A program made the position numbers and the translations under genes. The notes under the pieces were generated by a model. The model was given only the letters and a program-made list of their open reading frames with translations. It searched no databases and had not been told where the DNA came from. DNA of 61,682 nucleotides, filler included, from Chiloscyllium plagiosum (taxonomy: Eukaryota): NCBI RefSeq assembly GCF_004010195.1. It is 3 parts of one record of this genome, joined end to end, with 100 filler letters (N's around TTAATTAATTAA, not from the genome) between each part and the next. Parts side by side here need not be neighbours in the genome. Positions count along the whole stretch, not along the records: positions 31,169 to 52,828 come from NC_057716.1; 2 more parts are not named here. The stretch is one strand, 5' to 3'. This document shows positions 37,945 to 52,076 of this stretch, piece after piece (position 1 is the first letter of the stretch; each line of letters opens with the position of its first letter).

Positions 37945-38754
37945 GTATTGAAGGTGTAGTCCAAAAACAAAACAATCTTGAATTGTGGCAGTGGTGCTCA
38001 AGGTCACAAACACAACAAACTCTAGAAAAAGTGTATGGATGGCCTTAGAATTTCCTCCTCTCTATATCGACAGTATAAATCAAGATCAACTGTCTTGTTT
38101 TCCACTCTACCTCATTCTTTCCTATTAAACTGTTCAGCACTTAACCTCCATCAATCATCTCTACCTCCTACAATCCAGTTTTTAAAATCTCCAACTTTTG
38201 ACACACAGTCCCTGGCTCTTCATCCACTCTATATTCCCTCATGTTTTTTTCCAATCTTGACGTGGCTTTTTTTCCTCTCAAAGCAGTCAAGAAATTTCCT
38301 GACATCCGAACCCAAGTCAGGAGACACTGCTGGAGTTTCTGTCTGAGGGTGGTAGGTGCATGGTGGAGTCAGGCCTGGTGACCCGAGAAGCAGTGCACAT
38401 TACAGGGACGGCCTTGTGTGGGGGAATGCATCTTAGTGCAGGTACAAAAGCAACACCTGTAAGGAATTCCTGCCATGAGAAAGAGACAGCAATCAATAAT
38501 AATCAATATTGTGATAGTTATCCAAATGGTAGCTGATATTAGAAGAATGTTTTCCAGAGGATTACATAGTTTATGCTATTCATTGTATTCACGTTGTAAA
38601 GAAGGATTACATTCTACAATACTAATGCTGGAAGCACTTCACAAGGTACTGTTTTCACTCTGATAGGAAGAGTACATTGGCAATCAAGCCTCACTACTCC
38701 ATGAATTTTAATGAAATGGTTTAGCAAATCACCCAAAATAAAGTTATAGAATTG

Positions 38755-39350
38755 TAAGAGTCATACAGCGTAGAAGCAGACTCTTTGGTCCAACTCTTCC
38801 ATGCTGACCAGACATTCCATTCTGACTTAGTCCCATTTGTCAGCGTTTAGTCCATGTCCTTCTAAACCCTTCTGATTCATATACCCATTCAGACACTTTT
38901 GTCTAAATATTTCTTAAATATTTTGTAGGTATTTGCCTCTACCAGTTTTACAGGCAGTAAGTTCCGGAATCCCACCAGCCTCTGAGTGAAAAAGATTTTC
39001 CTCACCTTCCCTCGAAACCTCTTGCCCCTTATCTTAAATCTATGACCCCTGGTCATTGATCCCTCCACAAAGGGGAAACATTTCCTTCCTGTCTATCCTG
39101 TGTGTACCATCATAATTTTATATGTCTCAATCATGTCCTTCCCTCAGTCTTCTCTGCTCCAAGGAAAATAGCTCCAGTTCAGCCAATCTCTCTTAACAAC
39201 TAAAACTCTCAGCCCAAGCAACATCCTGAGAAACCTCCTCTGCATCCTCTCAAATATAATCACATTTCTCCTATAGTGTGGATTCCAGAGCTGGACACAA
39301 TACTCTGTCTGTGGCCCAAATATCATTTTGTACAGTTTCAACAGAATGTT
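38755..39350 (-). mobile_element. CR1 LINE 3' fragments
   Basis: LLKLYKMIFGPQTEYCVQLWNP..ERMQRRFLRML. Confidence 0.8.
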
Positions 39351-41164
39351 GTTGCGCTGAAATGTTAAATTTGTCTTTCTTTTGTTTTCTACAGCGTTAT
39401 ACAATGTCCATCAGGCTTCTCTAATAAATTTGAATAACTGCCATTACAAGCAAGACTTATTATTTATGAAAGTGGCAAAACAAAAGAAAATGAGAACTAA
39501 ACCACTATTCAGAATTCAACTATTTCCCATTAATCCCATATGTACATAATCATGCAAAGACAAAACAATGCAATACCATCTGCAGAGACCTTACAAATTT
39601 GAAAAGAAATTGGCCAAAAGAGTAAAAAGATCCCTTTTTATAAAGGTATGAATTCAGAAGGTGGCATGAGTTAACTCTCGTAGTTCTTTAGGCTCTCTGT
39701 TTATAAAATCAAATTCGTGACAGTAACAGACCTTCAGGTTAGATTTCAGATTCACGTGGGAAACAGTTCGGTCCTGATGTTTGAAACTTTTTCAGGCTTT
39801 CAAACTACTTCACTGAGAGAGCTTTTAGCTAGTTTTGCTTTAAGATTTGTCTTTTAGTGACTGAGAGAGAGAGAGAACTGCTTTCTGCTGCTATCCTGAT
39901 CAACAAATGTTCACGTCTAAGCCTGTAAAGCACAATGCAGCCTCAGTCCAAAGGCCATTGATAGGCCACAAAAATCACAGATTCTTGGAACAACTATGGG
40001 TTGGGACAGCACACTGATAATGAAGCACCAGTACTCCCAGGACCTTCACAAAACCTAAAGATTTAATCAAATTACTCAAAGTTCTCAATGCTCCTGTGTG
40101 ATGAACTCAGGTTCATGGAAAACTTGGACCAGAGTTCTATACTTAACAACAGGCTATTATTTATTACAATTAAATACATTTTAATTACAGGCAAACAAAA
40201 TAAGAATTATCAACTTATAACTTTCTAACTTAAATTCTACTCCTTCTTAAACCCCTACATAAACGTGCAAACATTGACAAATTAAAACATCAATGTTATG
40301 GGTGGAGAGAAAAAAATATTTGGGGAACACAGTTAAATAGCATCAGTACACAGGATTGCTTCATCTGTGTCCTTCTGATCTCCTATCAATTTCATCCCAA
40401 ATCTACTCGGTTCTTCACTGAAGATATAATGCAGCTGGCACATTAAATGTCCAATCTCTCAGTCACTGATTAGAGGCGGCATCTTTTATATGGTGAGCGA
40501 GAGTAGCCAGCTATCTTCCAATTCTTTGTTACTTCTCTGCAGAGATAAAGAATGCCACCTTTTTTATATTCTGAAGTCTTTGCTTCTGTATTGATCACGT
40601 GCAGGTTGTCCATTTGCCCAGGAGCCAATCAAAGCGTTGTTGTCACGCAGAACATTCCTGGCTCACACAGCTGGTCCTGATTGAAAACCAATCAACAGCC
40701 TGACTCTTGGCAAAGCTGCCTTGAACACACACCATTATCACTAATTAGTTCAGCAATCCTCCCCAACTGCTTCAACAGAGCAGCAGTGTTGTTGCAATTC
40801 ACAATGAGTTCCCTTAGCTTATTTTAAAGCTGCAACATCGCCTTCCATACTCTGTTTGGTTTAAATTTGTTTCCTTTTCCCATTTTGGTCCATAATCTAA
40901 AAGTAAAGCAAATTAACAAAATGTGGTCTTTATAAGAATCATTCAGTGTACCTCCTATCTCTCTCAAATGTTCCACTGAACTGTTCTCTTAAAATCCTCA
41001 GTGTTACATGAATCATAGCAACTTCCAGGGTGCTGTGCAGGAACATCATGGTGTGGTCATTCACCAACTTCTCATTCAAGAAATGGATGGATGTGGTGTT
41101 TATGAAGGTGTCAACTTGAAGATTCAGTGGTCTTTTTATAATAGCAATAGTCTTGTTCAGTTTC

Positions 41165-42060
41165 ATGCCTTTTTCGCAAAACCCTTGATTCCCTTACTGA
41201 TTAAGAATCTGTCTGACTCAGCCTTGAAAATACTTAATGACCCAAGCCTCAACCACCTTCTGCAGTCAAGAATTCCAGAGGATTTACAACCTTCTAAGAA
41301 AGAAATTTGTCCTCATCTCTGTTAAATGTGTGACCCCTTAGTTTGAGATTTGCCGTCTCCAGTTCTAGACTCTCCCACAAGGGGAATGAACTGTTCTGCA
41401 TCTACCCTGTCAAGTCCTCTAAGAATCTTGTATGGTTCAGTAAGGTGACCTCAAATTCTTTACATTCCAATGAATAAGCCCTATCTACTCAACCTCTTCC
41501 CATAAGACAGTTCCTCCATTCCTGGTATTAGCTTAGTGAAACTTCACTGGACTGCCTCTCATGCCAGAATATCATTCCCTAGAGAAGGGACTCAAAGCTG
41601 TCACTTGTGGTCTGAATAATGCCTTGTATAGTTTTAGCAAAACCTCCCTAATTTTAAAATCTATTCCCTTTGAAATAAAGGCCAACATTCCATTTGCCTT
41701 CCCTATTACCTGCTGAACGTGGATGCTAGCCTTTTTGTGATTCATGGCAAAGAGTCCTAAATTCTTCTGTTCTGTAGCATTCTGCAGTCTTTCTCCATTT
41801 AAATAATATTCAGTTCCTCTATTCCTGCCAAAGTGCATAACTTCATATGTTTCCAAATTATTTTCCATCTGCCAAGCTTTTGCAGACTCTCCAACCTGTC
41901 TGTGTCTCTCTGCAGACTCTTTCTGCCATCCTTCCCACCTATTTTTGTGTCATCCGTCATCTAGGCTTCTGTGCATTCACATTCCTTTTCAGAGTCACTA
42001 ATATATATTGTAAGCAATTGTGGCCCCAGCATGAATCCCTGTGGCACACCACTAGTTACA
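41165..42060 (-). mobile_element. CR1 LINE fragment
   Basis: YEVMHFGRN...KANGMLAFISKGIDFKIREVLLKLYKAL. Confidence 0.85.
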
Positions 42061-42380
42061 AGTTAGACAGGTTACACTTAATATAGAGGGGCACCAATGT
42101 CCAGGGCAGAAGATTTGCTAAAGCACTTTGGGAGGGTTTAAATTAGTTTGGCAGGGAATGGGAACCAGAGCTACAGATCAGAGGAGAGGGTAGTTATCAG
42201 AGGATCGGGCAGAAATAGAATGCAGAGAGCCTATTAGGAAGGATACACAGTTGATAAAACAAAAGGATGGGCTAAAGTGTGTCTGCTTCAGTGCAAGGAG
42301 TGTCAGGAATAAGAGTGAAGAACTTAGAGTAAGGATCAGTATTTGGAACTACGATGCTGTGGCTTTAACGTAAACACAGG
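42061..42380 (+). mobile_element. CR1 ORF1-end / ORF2 (APE) start fragment
   Basis: DRLHL..GTNV followed by LKCVCFSARSVRNKSEELRV...YDAVAL. Confidence 0.65.
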
Positions 42381-42384
42381 TTCT

Positions 42385-42895
42385 GAAATGTCTGGGTTTA
42401 TCTACTTGAAGAAGTTTTTAAGTGTTTTATTTTTTAAAATACTTGTACAATGAAAGGGTAGTGACCAGATCTACCAGCTCAGCTTTTCTCTATTTGTTAT
42501 GGTTTGGTTTTAGCAAGCAGTCAGTTTTTGAGGCTGCTGGTGAAAGAAACAGCTCCATGCTAGTTCTCCCTCTGTCTAACATCTCTCCTGTAATAACCTG
42601 TGTTTGATTTTACCTTTCTTTGCCAAAGGGGTCTTTATGAGGCTGTTGCAAGTATTTGCAGCAGTGTCATTAAGTTACGAAAGAGTTTTAAATAGTTAAC
42701 TTATTCTATGTTCTCTTTTGTTTGTGATTCATTTGGTAGTAATGCGAATAAATTCTGTTTTGTTTAAAACTAAGTGGTTGGGCCAGCTGCATCACTCCTG
42801 GAATATCCACTTTACACCTGCTTAAAACATCTTGAAAAGTTAGGGTCTGGACTACCTTCTTGAAATGTTTTGAAGGGATCTGGCCTAGTCCAGAT
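42385..42895 (+). mobile_element. Probable solo LTR remnant; related remnants at about 23180-23560(+), 24100-26400(-, fragmented) and 39540-40920(-)
   Basis: Non-coding, with aataaa near the 3' end. Segment tttgccaaaggggtctttatgaggctgttgc is shared with 23450-23490, and the 3' end resembles the reverse complement of 24100-24240. Family not determined. Confidence 0.45.
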
Positions 42896-45289
42896 TCCAT
42901 TGGTTGTATATTGTTTATGGCAATGTGCAGCGTGATCCAGGTATGAGAAAATATTGGCCTACAAATACAAGAATAAAATATGTTCTTGCACTACGCAAAG
43001 ATTTTGTTCAAAGATAAATACATGAGGCTTCTCCTATCATGTTAGTTGTTCTTAGTCCAAAGGAGGTAAAAGTATAGAAATGCTTTAAATGAAAGAAAAG
43101 CAAGACTGATCATGCACATACTCATGAAGTATTGGATAAAATGTGCTACTGTCATAGCTTGCTTATTATTTCCGCAATTAATAAATTAGTCAATTTGTGA
43201 ATTTCTTTTTGAATTAATTAATGATTTCTGAACAATGATCTGGAGAAAGCTTGTGCCAATAGCTTTTACTCCTGTTCTTAAAAACTCTTCAGTTCTTCCT
43301 TTCTGACTCGTATACACAAATTCTTGAGCCCCAAACTCAATTGTCTAACAAATATTTATTCATTTTCACAAATATTTGTAAAAAAGTGTAATTTGTTAGC
43401 CCTCAAATTGTAAACCTGACATGGTTGTTTAATAACACAGATTGCCACATTGGATCTATTGATAAGTAGCGCAGCTTAAATCCCACAGGAAGTGGCTTCA
43501 ATTCTATTTACCATTTACAGCTTCTAAATCTGTGCCAAATTTCAAGTCTAATCTTGTTTACTTTCAGCTGCCATCTGCAAGGAATAACAAGATAAAGGCT
43601 TCTTTTTCCCACGTTTTAGAGATATTTTAATTTTTTGATTCAAAAAAGACATCTTAAGCACATATCATTATTCTAACAGAGTTATCTGAAGTCACTGGAT
43701 CTTACAACATTGTTTTCTTACACACGGTACTGCTTTTAAGATTCTGATATTTATTCACCCTGGCATGATTTCTTTTAAAGTAGCTGGTGGAACATATCAA
43801 TATCTGAGTCATTGAGCTGAAAACTTGACCTCAGTGTGAGAGGACACCCATAAATATTTTCAGGACAATACTGATCCAAAATTTTAGGCTAACCCACCCA
43901 AAAGGCTTGGATTTGCTTACCATTTTACAGCCCACCAGGTTTGGGTGGTGTGTAAAATAGGTGGCTGTATCAATCCTATTAGCTTAGTCTTGGATTAAGT
44001 TGAAATTGCTTCCTAAATAGATAGAAATAGGAATGACTTTGTGGCAATTCCTAATCCTATCACTTTAAAGAGAACTTGAGAAAATATTTGTTGAGGAAAT
44101 ATGTGAGCTGAATTGTTTTCTTGATTTATTTTTCTTTGGCACAATTAATCAAAATTTGGAGATCGTGGAATTTTAATTGGAACTCACGTTCAATGCAAGT
44201 TGAGTTTCTGCAAACTGTTGTACAAATTTTATAAACGTTATGCTAAGAGCTTACCCCACCCAAAGAATTAGGAGGCACACCCAGAACAACAATGAGCCCC
44301 CCCTTGCGCTTTCAGACATGAGCTAGATATGATGAATGAGCTTCTGTGCTGATAGTTCTATTACGCAATGGCTTTTATAACTGCACCCTAATAAACTAGA
44401 AAATGGTTTTGTATATTTTTTAAAAGTCGTGTCCTATAATTTAAAACCAGGTTACTCTCCAATTGTAGAGTATTAATATTGCGTATTTTGGGAGATAAAC
44501 CCATTTTCAATCACTATTTAATTTGCACCTAGCAAACAGTTTTGAATATTTTGTAATAGTCACATTCAATCATTTAAAATCAGTGTTGAGAGATGTGTTA
44601 TTGAGATATGCTGTTCAAGCATTTCATCTTACACTAATCAAGATAGATGCACATATACAAAATTTTAAAGGGGCAACAATTTATACTGAATGAGAAAAAG
44701 GATTTTTCTTGATTGAGACTTTGCCATAGAGAATGTATTAGGGAATAATTGTTCCCCAACTTGCATTTAAATTTAAAAAGGCAACTTGATTAGTAGATGT
44801 ATTGCCATGGGTAATGCACCAGAGAACAGTTGTACCCCAAATTTTTGTTTAATTGAAAGAACACAATATTTGGATACATTATTCTTCTTAACAGTAATAT
44901 CATTGCAGGTATGATGCCAGAATATGTCCTCATGACTGTTTGATCATAGCAAGCAGTATGTCACTTTGGCTGTTTGCAACAGGCAGAATACTGATTATTG
45001 TCAATCAGCCTGTGCTCACAGACTTCAGAACATCTCAAACACTAAACATGATTCTGGGAATTGGAAGCACTTATTGAACACTCCTGAGTCTATTCAGAAT
45101 TGAAAAGAAACAATTCAGCTTATCAGTTGAGCTTGCGCATGGCTGAATTATGCTTGCCAGGAATTACTTATAATAATATTCAGCACATTGTTCCTTGCAA
45201 ATACCACTTTGAAATGTGAAGTTCTAACCATCTGCATATAAAGTGTAAAGGTGGGAATTTGTGTGACAGCATGTCAAATATTATAAGCA

Positions 45290-45790
45290 GTTTTGGTTTC
45301 CTCATTGACAAAATGCTTCCAATTTGTCAGAGGCTGTTCAGTTGAGATTTACTCGATTGATCACTGAAATTAGTGGATTATCTTCTGTGGAAAGATTGGG
45401 CAGGCTGGGCTTGTTTTTACTTGTGTTGAGAAGGGTGAAGAGTGATTTGTCTGAATCTTATCAAACGTTAATGGTCTTGATGATGTTTATTCATGGGGGT
45501 GAGTTCAAAACTAGGGGGTACAGTTTTAAAATTAGGGTCACCCTTTCAGGACAAGGATGAGGGTTTTTTTTTTCTCTCTGAGGTTTGTGCAATTTTGGAA
45601 GTCTGTCTCAAAAGGCAGTGGAGATAAGGTCATTGATTGTTTTTGAGGCTAGGGTGGAGAAATTCTTAGTGATTACTCAGGATAAATAGGAATGTGGAAT
45701 TCAGAACACAAACAGATTATCCATGGTCTTACTGACTGGCAGAGCAACTTTGAAAGGCTGAATAGCCAACTTCTGCTCCTAATTCATATA
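45290..45790 (+). mobile_element. Old CR1 3' fragment; similar decayed copies at about 6740-7220, 12700-13400(-), 32830-33200, 35575-35885, 37325-37455 and 48170-48640
   Basis: EAVQLRFTRLI...ERLGRLGLF...RRVKSDL. Confidence 0.75.
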
Positions 45791-45871
45791 TCTGTAGAAG
45801 TGCAGGGCATTAGAGGGCAAAATCTACATTGCAAGACCTGATTACTATGTTAAAATATTTGTGAATATTTT

Positions 45872-46215
45872 AGATATAGAATCCTTACAGTGTGGAAACA
45901 GGCCCTTTTGCTCAACAAGTCCACACCGACCCTCTGAAGAGTACCCCATTCAGACCAATTCTCCTACTGCTCTACATTTACCCCAGACTAATACACTTAA
46001 TCTACACATCTCTGAACACTATGGGAAATTTAGCATGGCCAATTCACCTGACCTGCGCATCTTTGGATTGTGGGAGGAAACCGGAGCACCCAGAGGAAAC
46101 CCATGCAGACATGAGGAGGATGTGCAAACTCCATCCAGTCACATGATGCAAGAATTGAACCCGGATCCCTGGTGCTGTGAGGCAACAGTGCTACCCAATG
46201 AGCCACTGTGTCACC
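45872..46215 (-). mobile_element. HE1-type V-SINE
   Basis: Matches the other copies. Confidence 0.85.
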
Positions 46216-47452
46216 TAGATTTTTAAAAAAAATTCTGGCTTGTTTTCTTCTAAGGAAACTATTAAACATCTCCAAAAAAACTGTTTTGCACAAATTGGAG
46301 ACATTTTCCCTGCCTTCACTCACACCCCTCACAAATCCAGCCTGTCAAGGAATGCCTGTTTTGCCTTATAGTCTTACAATAAATTAATAGAATGGTTAAA
46401 GGACAGAAGGAAGTCATTTGGTGTTTTGACTGACTTTCTGCCAAAGAGGCTCAGCTAGCCCCATTCAACTTGACCTTTTCCTTCTCCCATCAGGTGCTTA
46501 TCCAGTTTCTTTTTGGAAGTCATGATTAGACTCCCAATCCTAACCACCCATTTCTGTATACGGATCAACTACAACCATATACATTTATGTGGAGGCCCAC
46601 CTCTTCCGCACTAATAGCCCTTCTTTTAAAACTTGCTGTCTACACCCTGTCAGGAAGACCTCTATTCTGATGTGCTCCAGATCTCGCATTGTTTGAGTGA
46701 TGATCACCTCTCCTATTGGCATTACCAGTTATCCCTATGACACAGGTATGCCTCCCATTATTCCAGTTTATTAGATGTCAAATGCAGAGGAAGCCTATTA
46801 ATCAGTTGCCCTGAAGATGATTGCTTCAGGTGGGCAGATGATTGCTTCAGTCAAGGCCTCTTCAGGATCTGCAAAAAAGTCCCAATGCCATTAAACTTTA
46901 AAATCCAGAAAATTCCTGCCAACACATCAGTTTCAGGTTTTGGTTTATTAAGGGTGCTTATAACTTTCTTGCTTTTGTGCCTCTGTTTATAAAACTTATG
47001 ATCTTTGATGCCTTTTGAGCCACATTCTGTCACCTTTAATTGTAAGGGCTACAATCTTTTCAGCAAGCTTCCTTTCAAATGCCTTTCAAATGTTTTTGTG
47101 TGTAACACAAACATTCACGGAACTATTTTTATCACCTTTCTCTGTTTCTCCATCAAAAGAGTTCAAAACGCTTGTTGAGCGCATACTTTTCCAAATGAAA
47201 GTTTCTTTCATTCTTGATAATTAATTTCCAATAACCTCCTCATCACCAACAGTCAGCTGACTCACCTTCACATTAATGTCCCCATTATACTGTACCCAGA
47301 TATCCAGAACTCTCAGACAACCCGTATTCAGAAAGGTGTCTCCCTGCTTCACGAGGTAGTTCTCCAACATGCCAATAGTCCAAGATTCAAAAATGAAAAT
47401 AAGAATTGTGTTTTCCTGAAGATATTACAAGCAAAGCAACTAACTTATCATG

Positions 47453-47644
47453 GGTCGAGGGTGTGGTGCTGGAAAAAGCACAGCAGGTGGATCGATGTTT
47501 TGGGCATAAGCCCTTCAACAGGAAGGGCTTTTGCACGAAACGTCGATTCTCCTACTCCTCAGATGCTGCATGACCTGCTGTGCTTTTCCAGTACCACACT
47601 CTCGACTCTAATCTCCAGCATCTACAGTCCTCACTTTCACCTAG
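47453..47644. mobile_element. Fold-back PLE-derived mini-element with 13-bp TSD
   Basis: Two terminal-repeat pieces in opposite orientation. ctaacttatcatg occurs at 47440-47452 and 47645-47657. Confidence 0.8.
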
Positions 47645-48974
47645 CTAACTTATCATGACTGGGTAGATTCCCTCACTCCAGAAACTATTTGTTTGGTTGC
47701 CTCTCCCTCTCTCTGTCCTTTTGATTAAAATCTCATTGATGGTGATTATGAGCGGTCCTGGCTGCTTGTTTTTAAAATGCACTTTTATCTTGTGGCAGTT
47801 GCTGTAACATTTCTCATGTAACGGCACCCACCCATTTCCCATGCATGCTGGACACTGGGGAGATTATTGTAATTTCCTAAATTGTCTCTTTCTTGGACAG
47901 AGATATAATAACGACCACTGGTCCTCCAGTGCCACTGATATACCCAATGATAATTGAAAGATTTTGATCAATACCTCACCTATTTCTCCCTTAGCTTCTT
48001 TCAGCAATCTAGAATACAGATCTTGTCCAAGTGACTAATGCTAATCATTTTAGTACACCTTCTTTATTTGTAACAAGTCTGTCCATTTCCTCTTAACACA
48101 ACCTTCTCTTCATTTGCTTGATAAGTGGTTGAATACACACACTGACCTCTTGGGTTTATAAATAGTGGAGTAACATATGGAAGCAAAAATATCAAGTCAG
48201 AATTTTTGAAAACACTGCTTAGGCCTCATGAGGAGTACTGCAGAAAGTTTTGGATTCTGCACTTCAAGAATAAATGAAAGATCGATGAAAGACTTCAATT
48301 CTGAGGAGAGGTTTGGAAATGTTAGAACCATTCATCTCAGAACAGGGCAAGGTTAAGAAGTAATCCAGTAAAGATTTTTAAGATAATGAGGGAATTTGCA
48401 AGCATAAATATTAAAATTAGAACTAAAGGTTACAGTTTCAGACTTACCAGCAGAAGATTTCAGGGCGTGATGAGAAATCTTTTCAAACATCAAGTTGTCA
48501 GGATCTGGATAAAATCTTCCTGGAAAGTTTGTGAAAGCTGATCGAGTAATAATTTTAAAAGGGAGTTAGACAAGTCTTTAAAGATAAGGAAATCACAGGA
48601 TAAGGGAGAAATCTTAATAAAAAATGGGATTAAACACAGCTGCTTTCTCACACATCAATGGCATTAGTAAAGTTAAATATGTTTTTCATTCTTTCCCGGA
48701 TTTATTATGTCAGCCAATCCGTAAGGTTCTGTGTTTTAGATATACTGCAGCCTAACAGATTGTTGAATTGCAAAAATCTTCACTTAAACTTGGTAAGAGC
48801 ATTTTAACTACTTTATTCTCCAGACTGAACTTGAACACTTGGAAGCATCTAAAATAGGTTCCTTTCAAAATTAATAACGCTCCCCTCTTTCTTCTCCCTA
48901 TAAAGTCCAGAATTTATTGTGGCATGCAGGAAGCAGAATCAAGTTGCATAATTCATATCTCTGCTCACAAGGAG

Positions 48975-50835
48975 TGCCATCAGTTTTGATGACTCCATCT
49001 TCTGCAGGGGGCCCTTAGTGGTGTCCAACCATTTCCTGCACTTCCCTTCCCTCAGAGAGGATTACCCTTGTCCTCAGTAACCACTCCAACAACACTTACA
49101 CCCAAAGGATCATTAGCTGTATTTCTGCCAACTCCAGCAGAATGTGATCAGCGGACACATTTTCCCCTCCCCTCGCTTGTCAGTATTTCACAGGGGCCGT
49201 CACCTCTAGGACACCCTGGTTCATTCCTTCTCCACTCCCAACACCTCCCCACAGCCCCCAAGGCACCTTTCCATGCTATTGTGGAAGGTATAACACCTGC
49301 CTGTTTACCTCCTCTCTCCTCACTACCCAAGGCCCGAGACACACCTTACAGGTAAAGCTCACAATGTGATCTGCTCTACATTGGGGAGACAAAGTGTAGA
49401 CCGGACAACTGCTTTTAGGAACACCCACATTCTGTCCTTAGAGAGTGACGCTTCAACATGCCATCTTGTTCCCTGGCCAACATCCCTGTCTCAGGCTTGC
49501 TGCAGTGCTCCAGTGAGGCTCAGCGCGAGTTGGAAGAACAGCACCTCATTTTCCACTTGAGGACGCGGCAGCCTTCAGGACTCAGTATCGATTCAATATT
49601 TTTAGTACCTGAACACCTCCTCCCATGTCCTTCCTTCACCCGCACCTACCAGGCCTTATTATCACATGGGCTGCTCTCATCACATCCAACCCATTTTCAC
49701 TCACTAATGGTCACCATTAGTAACTTCTCATTCTCCCTGGATCACCATTACCCATCGCTTTGTCTGCCTAGTTGCTGTTCTCTCCTTCTGGGCTCCATCT
49801 CCATCTATTGTTTACCAACAATGAAGAAGGTTACCTCAGAATACAATGGAATCTTGATCAGATGGGCCAATGGGCCGAGGAATGGCGATGGAGTTTAATT
49901 TAGATGAATGGGAGGTGCTACATTTTGGAAAGGTAAATCAGGGTAGGACTTATACACGAAGTGGTAAGGTTCTAGGGAGTATTGCTGAACGAAGGGACCT
50001 TGTAGGGCAGGTTAATAATTCCTTGAAATTGGGGTCACAAGTAGGTAGGATAGTGAAGAAGGCGTTTGGTATGGTTGTATTTATTGGTCAGAGTATTGAG
50101 TATAGGAGTTGGAAGGCCATGTTGCAGCTGTACAGGATTGGTTAGGCTACTATTGGAATACTGCATGCAATTCTGGTCTCCCTTCTATAGGAAGGATGTT
50201 GTGAAACTTGAAAGGGTTCAGAAAAGATTTGCGAGGAATTTGCAAAGGTCGGAGGGTTTGAGCTATAGGGAAAAGCTGAAAAGGCTGGGGTTATTTACCT
50301 TGGAGCTTCAGAGGTTGAGGGGCAACCTTATAGAGGTGTATAAAATCATGACGAGCATGGGTAATAGCAAAGTCTTTTCCTTGGGATGGGGGAGTCCAAA
50401 CCTAGACAGCATAGGTTTGATGTAAGAGGGGAAAGATTTAAAAGGTACCTAAGGGGCAACTTTTTCATACAGAGGGTGGTGCAAGTATGGAATAAGCTGC
50501 CAGAGGATGTGATGGAGACCGATACAATTACAAGATTTAAAAGGTATCTGGATAGATATATGAATAGGAAGGGTTCAGAGGGATATGGGTCAAATGCTGG
50601 CCAAAGCAATTCGATATATTTAGGCTATCTGCTCGGCATGGGATGAGTTGGACCAAAGAGTCTGTTTCTGCGCTCTATATTTCTATATCTCTACTCCTCC
50701 ATCCCCTGTCTTCAGCACCTTTTCCTAGCTACAGTCAGTTCCGAAGAAGGGTCACTGACTCAAAATGTTAACTCTGTTTCTCTCTCCACAGATGCTACCC
50801 GACCTGCTGAGTTTTGGCAATTTCTGACTTTTTTT
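48975..50835 (+). mobile_element. Older decayed PLE 3' region, split by a CR1 insertion (49820-50690)
   Basis: GIY-YIG-like remnant (C..C.LLYIGETK...LEEQHLIFHL). Resumes at about 50692 with a terminal repeat containing gttccgaagaagggtcactgactcaaaatgttaac. Confidence 0.7.
49820..50690 (+). mobile_element. CR1 LINE (HER1-like), 5'-truncated
   Basis: MEFNLDEWEVLHFGK...LEYCMQFWSP...RVVQVWNKLPEDV. Confidence 0.9.
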
Positions 50836-51987
50836 TCTGTGCTCACAAACTGAATTCTTCATTTATTATCATAAGCATATCATGAAATGTAAAATAAAAA
50901 TAGAAAATGTTGGAAATGTAATTGGTTTCAACGACTATAAAGACAAATAAAAGACCTACTAATACTTCAAGCTTTTCTTAAAACAGTTGCATTCATTTAA
51001 ACTTGAGTCCTTCTATAAAATAAAGATGGGACAGAAAAACATCAGGTAATGATGCAGTGTCATAGGAGTCAGGTTTCCTGTAACAATGTTGCAAACAATT
51101 TTACAAGTTATGGAATGTCCTTTTCCCTCACCAAGGTTTGCTGTTTCCTGTGGTCAGCTTTCCTTGACTGTATCTGTCCTATGTAATCACACCTCCACTC
51201 TCCTGCTTTACAGTGACAGACTGTCTCTTATTGTCATTTTCCAAGCACATCTCCCATTTCTATTATTTACAATGTAATTCCATTATTAAGCACGCTTTTT
51301 TCCTCCATTCCCTTCTGTGGTTCTGCAGGAAACGTTCCAGTAACATTAGACCTCCTGATTTTCCGGTTTCTCTTATACATCTTCAGTTCTGCTGGTTTCA
51401 TTTAAATTTTGTTTTTCTTAATATGTTTTTGATGTTTTATCACATTATCCTTTCTTATCCCTTTTGCATCTTTATAACTTGATTCTAAAAGCCTTTTATG
51501 AGCTATTCACAGGGGCCTTCTTGTGGTGTAGTGGTAGTGCCCCTACCCCTGAACCAGGAAGTTTGCGTTCAAGTCTCACCTACCCGAGATGTGTGCAATA
51601 ACATCTCTGAATAGGTTGATTAGAAAAGTAATGGTTAAACTCTTTTAAATAACTATTGGTGATGAATAAACAGACTTTAAAATGGGCTTTTACCCATTTG
51701 TCTTCCCTTTTTCATTGTTTAAAAGCCAGATGTTTGAAACATGTAGAATTTACATGTAACTCTTTTTCTCCAGGTGTTGATTGATTTTAGTGTATACCTA
51801 ACAATTTTTTTGCTTTATTTAGTTTTTTTGATCTATTTAATATTATATGCATGCATATTCATTTATCTATATATGCATATGTGGAATGTAATCTTATTCT
51901 GAAGCAGCTCAATCAGAACTTATGTATGAAGACCCAGTGATCTGGTGAAAGTTTAATTAATACCATATATGCTCTTTCATATTACAG

Positions 51988-52074
51988 GTAGATGAGCTAA
52001 TGAGACAGGAACTGAAGAATTTAAAACTAGCAGTGGACAGGGATAAAGGTTCAAAGAAGAAAGGTGGGAAGAAG
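51988..52074 (+). CDS. IQCA1: IQCA1/DRC11 internal coding exon; phase 0 to 0
   Basis: ttacag|GTA acceptor and AAG|gtaagg donor. Translates [29 protein letters not shown] and continues the previous exon directly ([22 protein letters not shown]). 87 bp. Confidence 0.9.
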
Positions 52075-52076
52075 GT

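Noticed and set aside
37711..38013. 100-aa minus-strand ORF (also 51957-52184)
   Set aside because: Antisense shadows of the purine-rich IQCA1 exons.
51517..51625. tRNA gene candidates (also 13415-13490 and the HE1 heads)
   Set aside because: A/B boxes are present but there is no complete cloverleaf. These are SINE heads.
5754..52074. UNC80-IQCA1 fusion gene
   Set aside because: The two genes are separated by a synthetic gap and the splice phases are incompatible.
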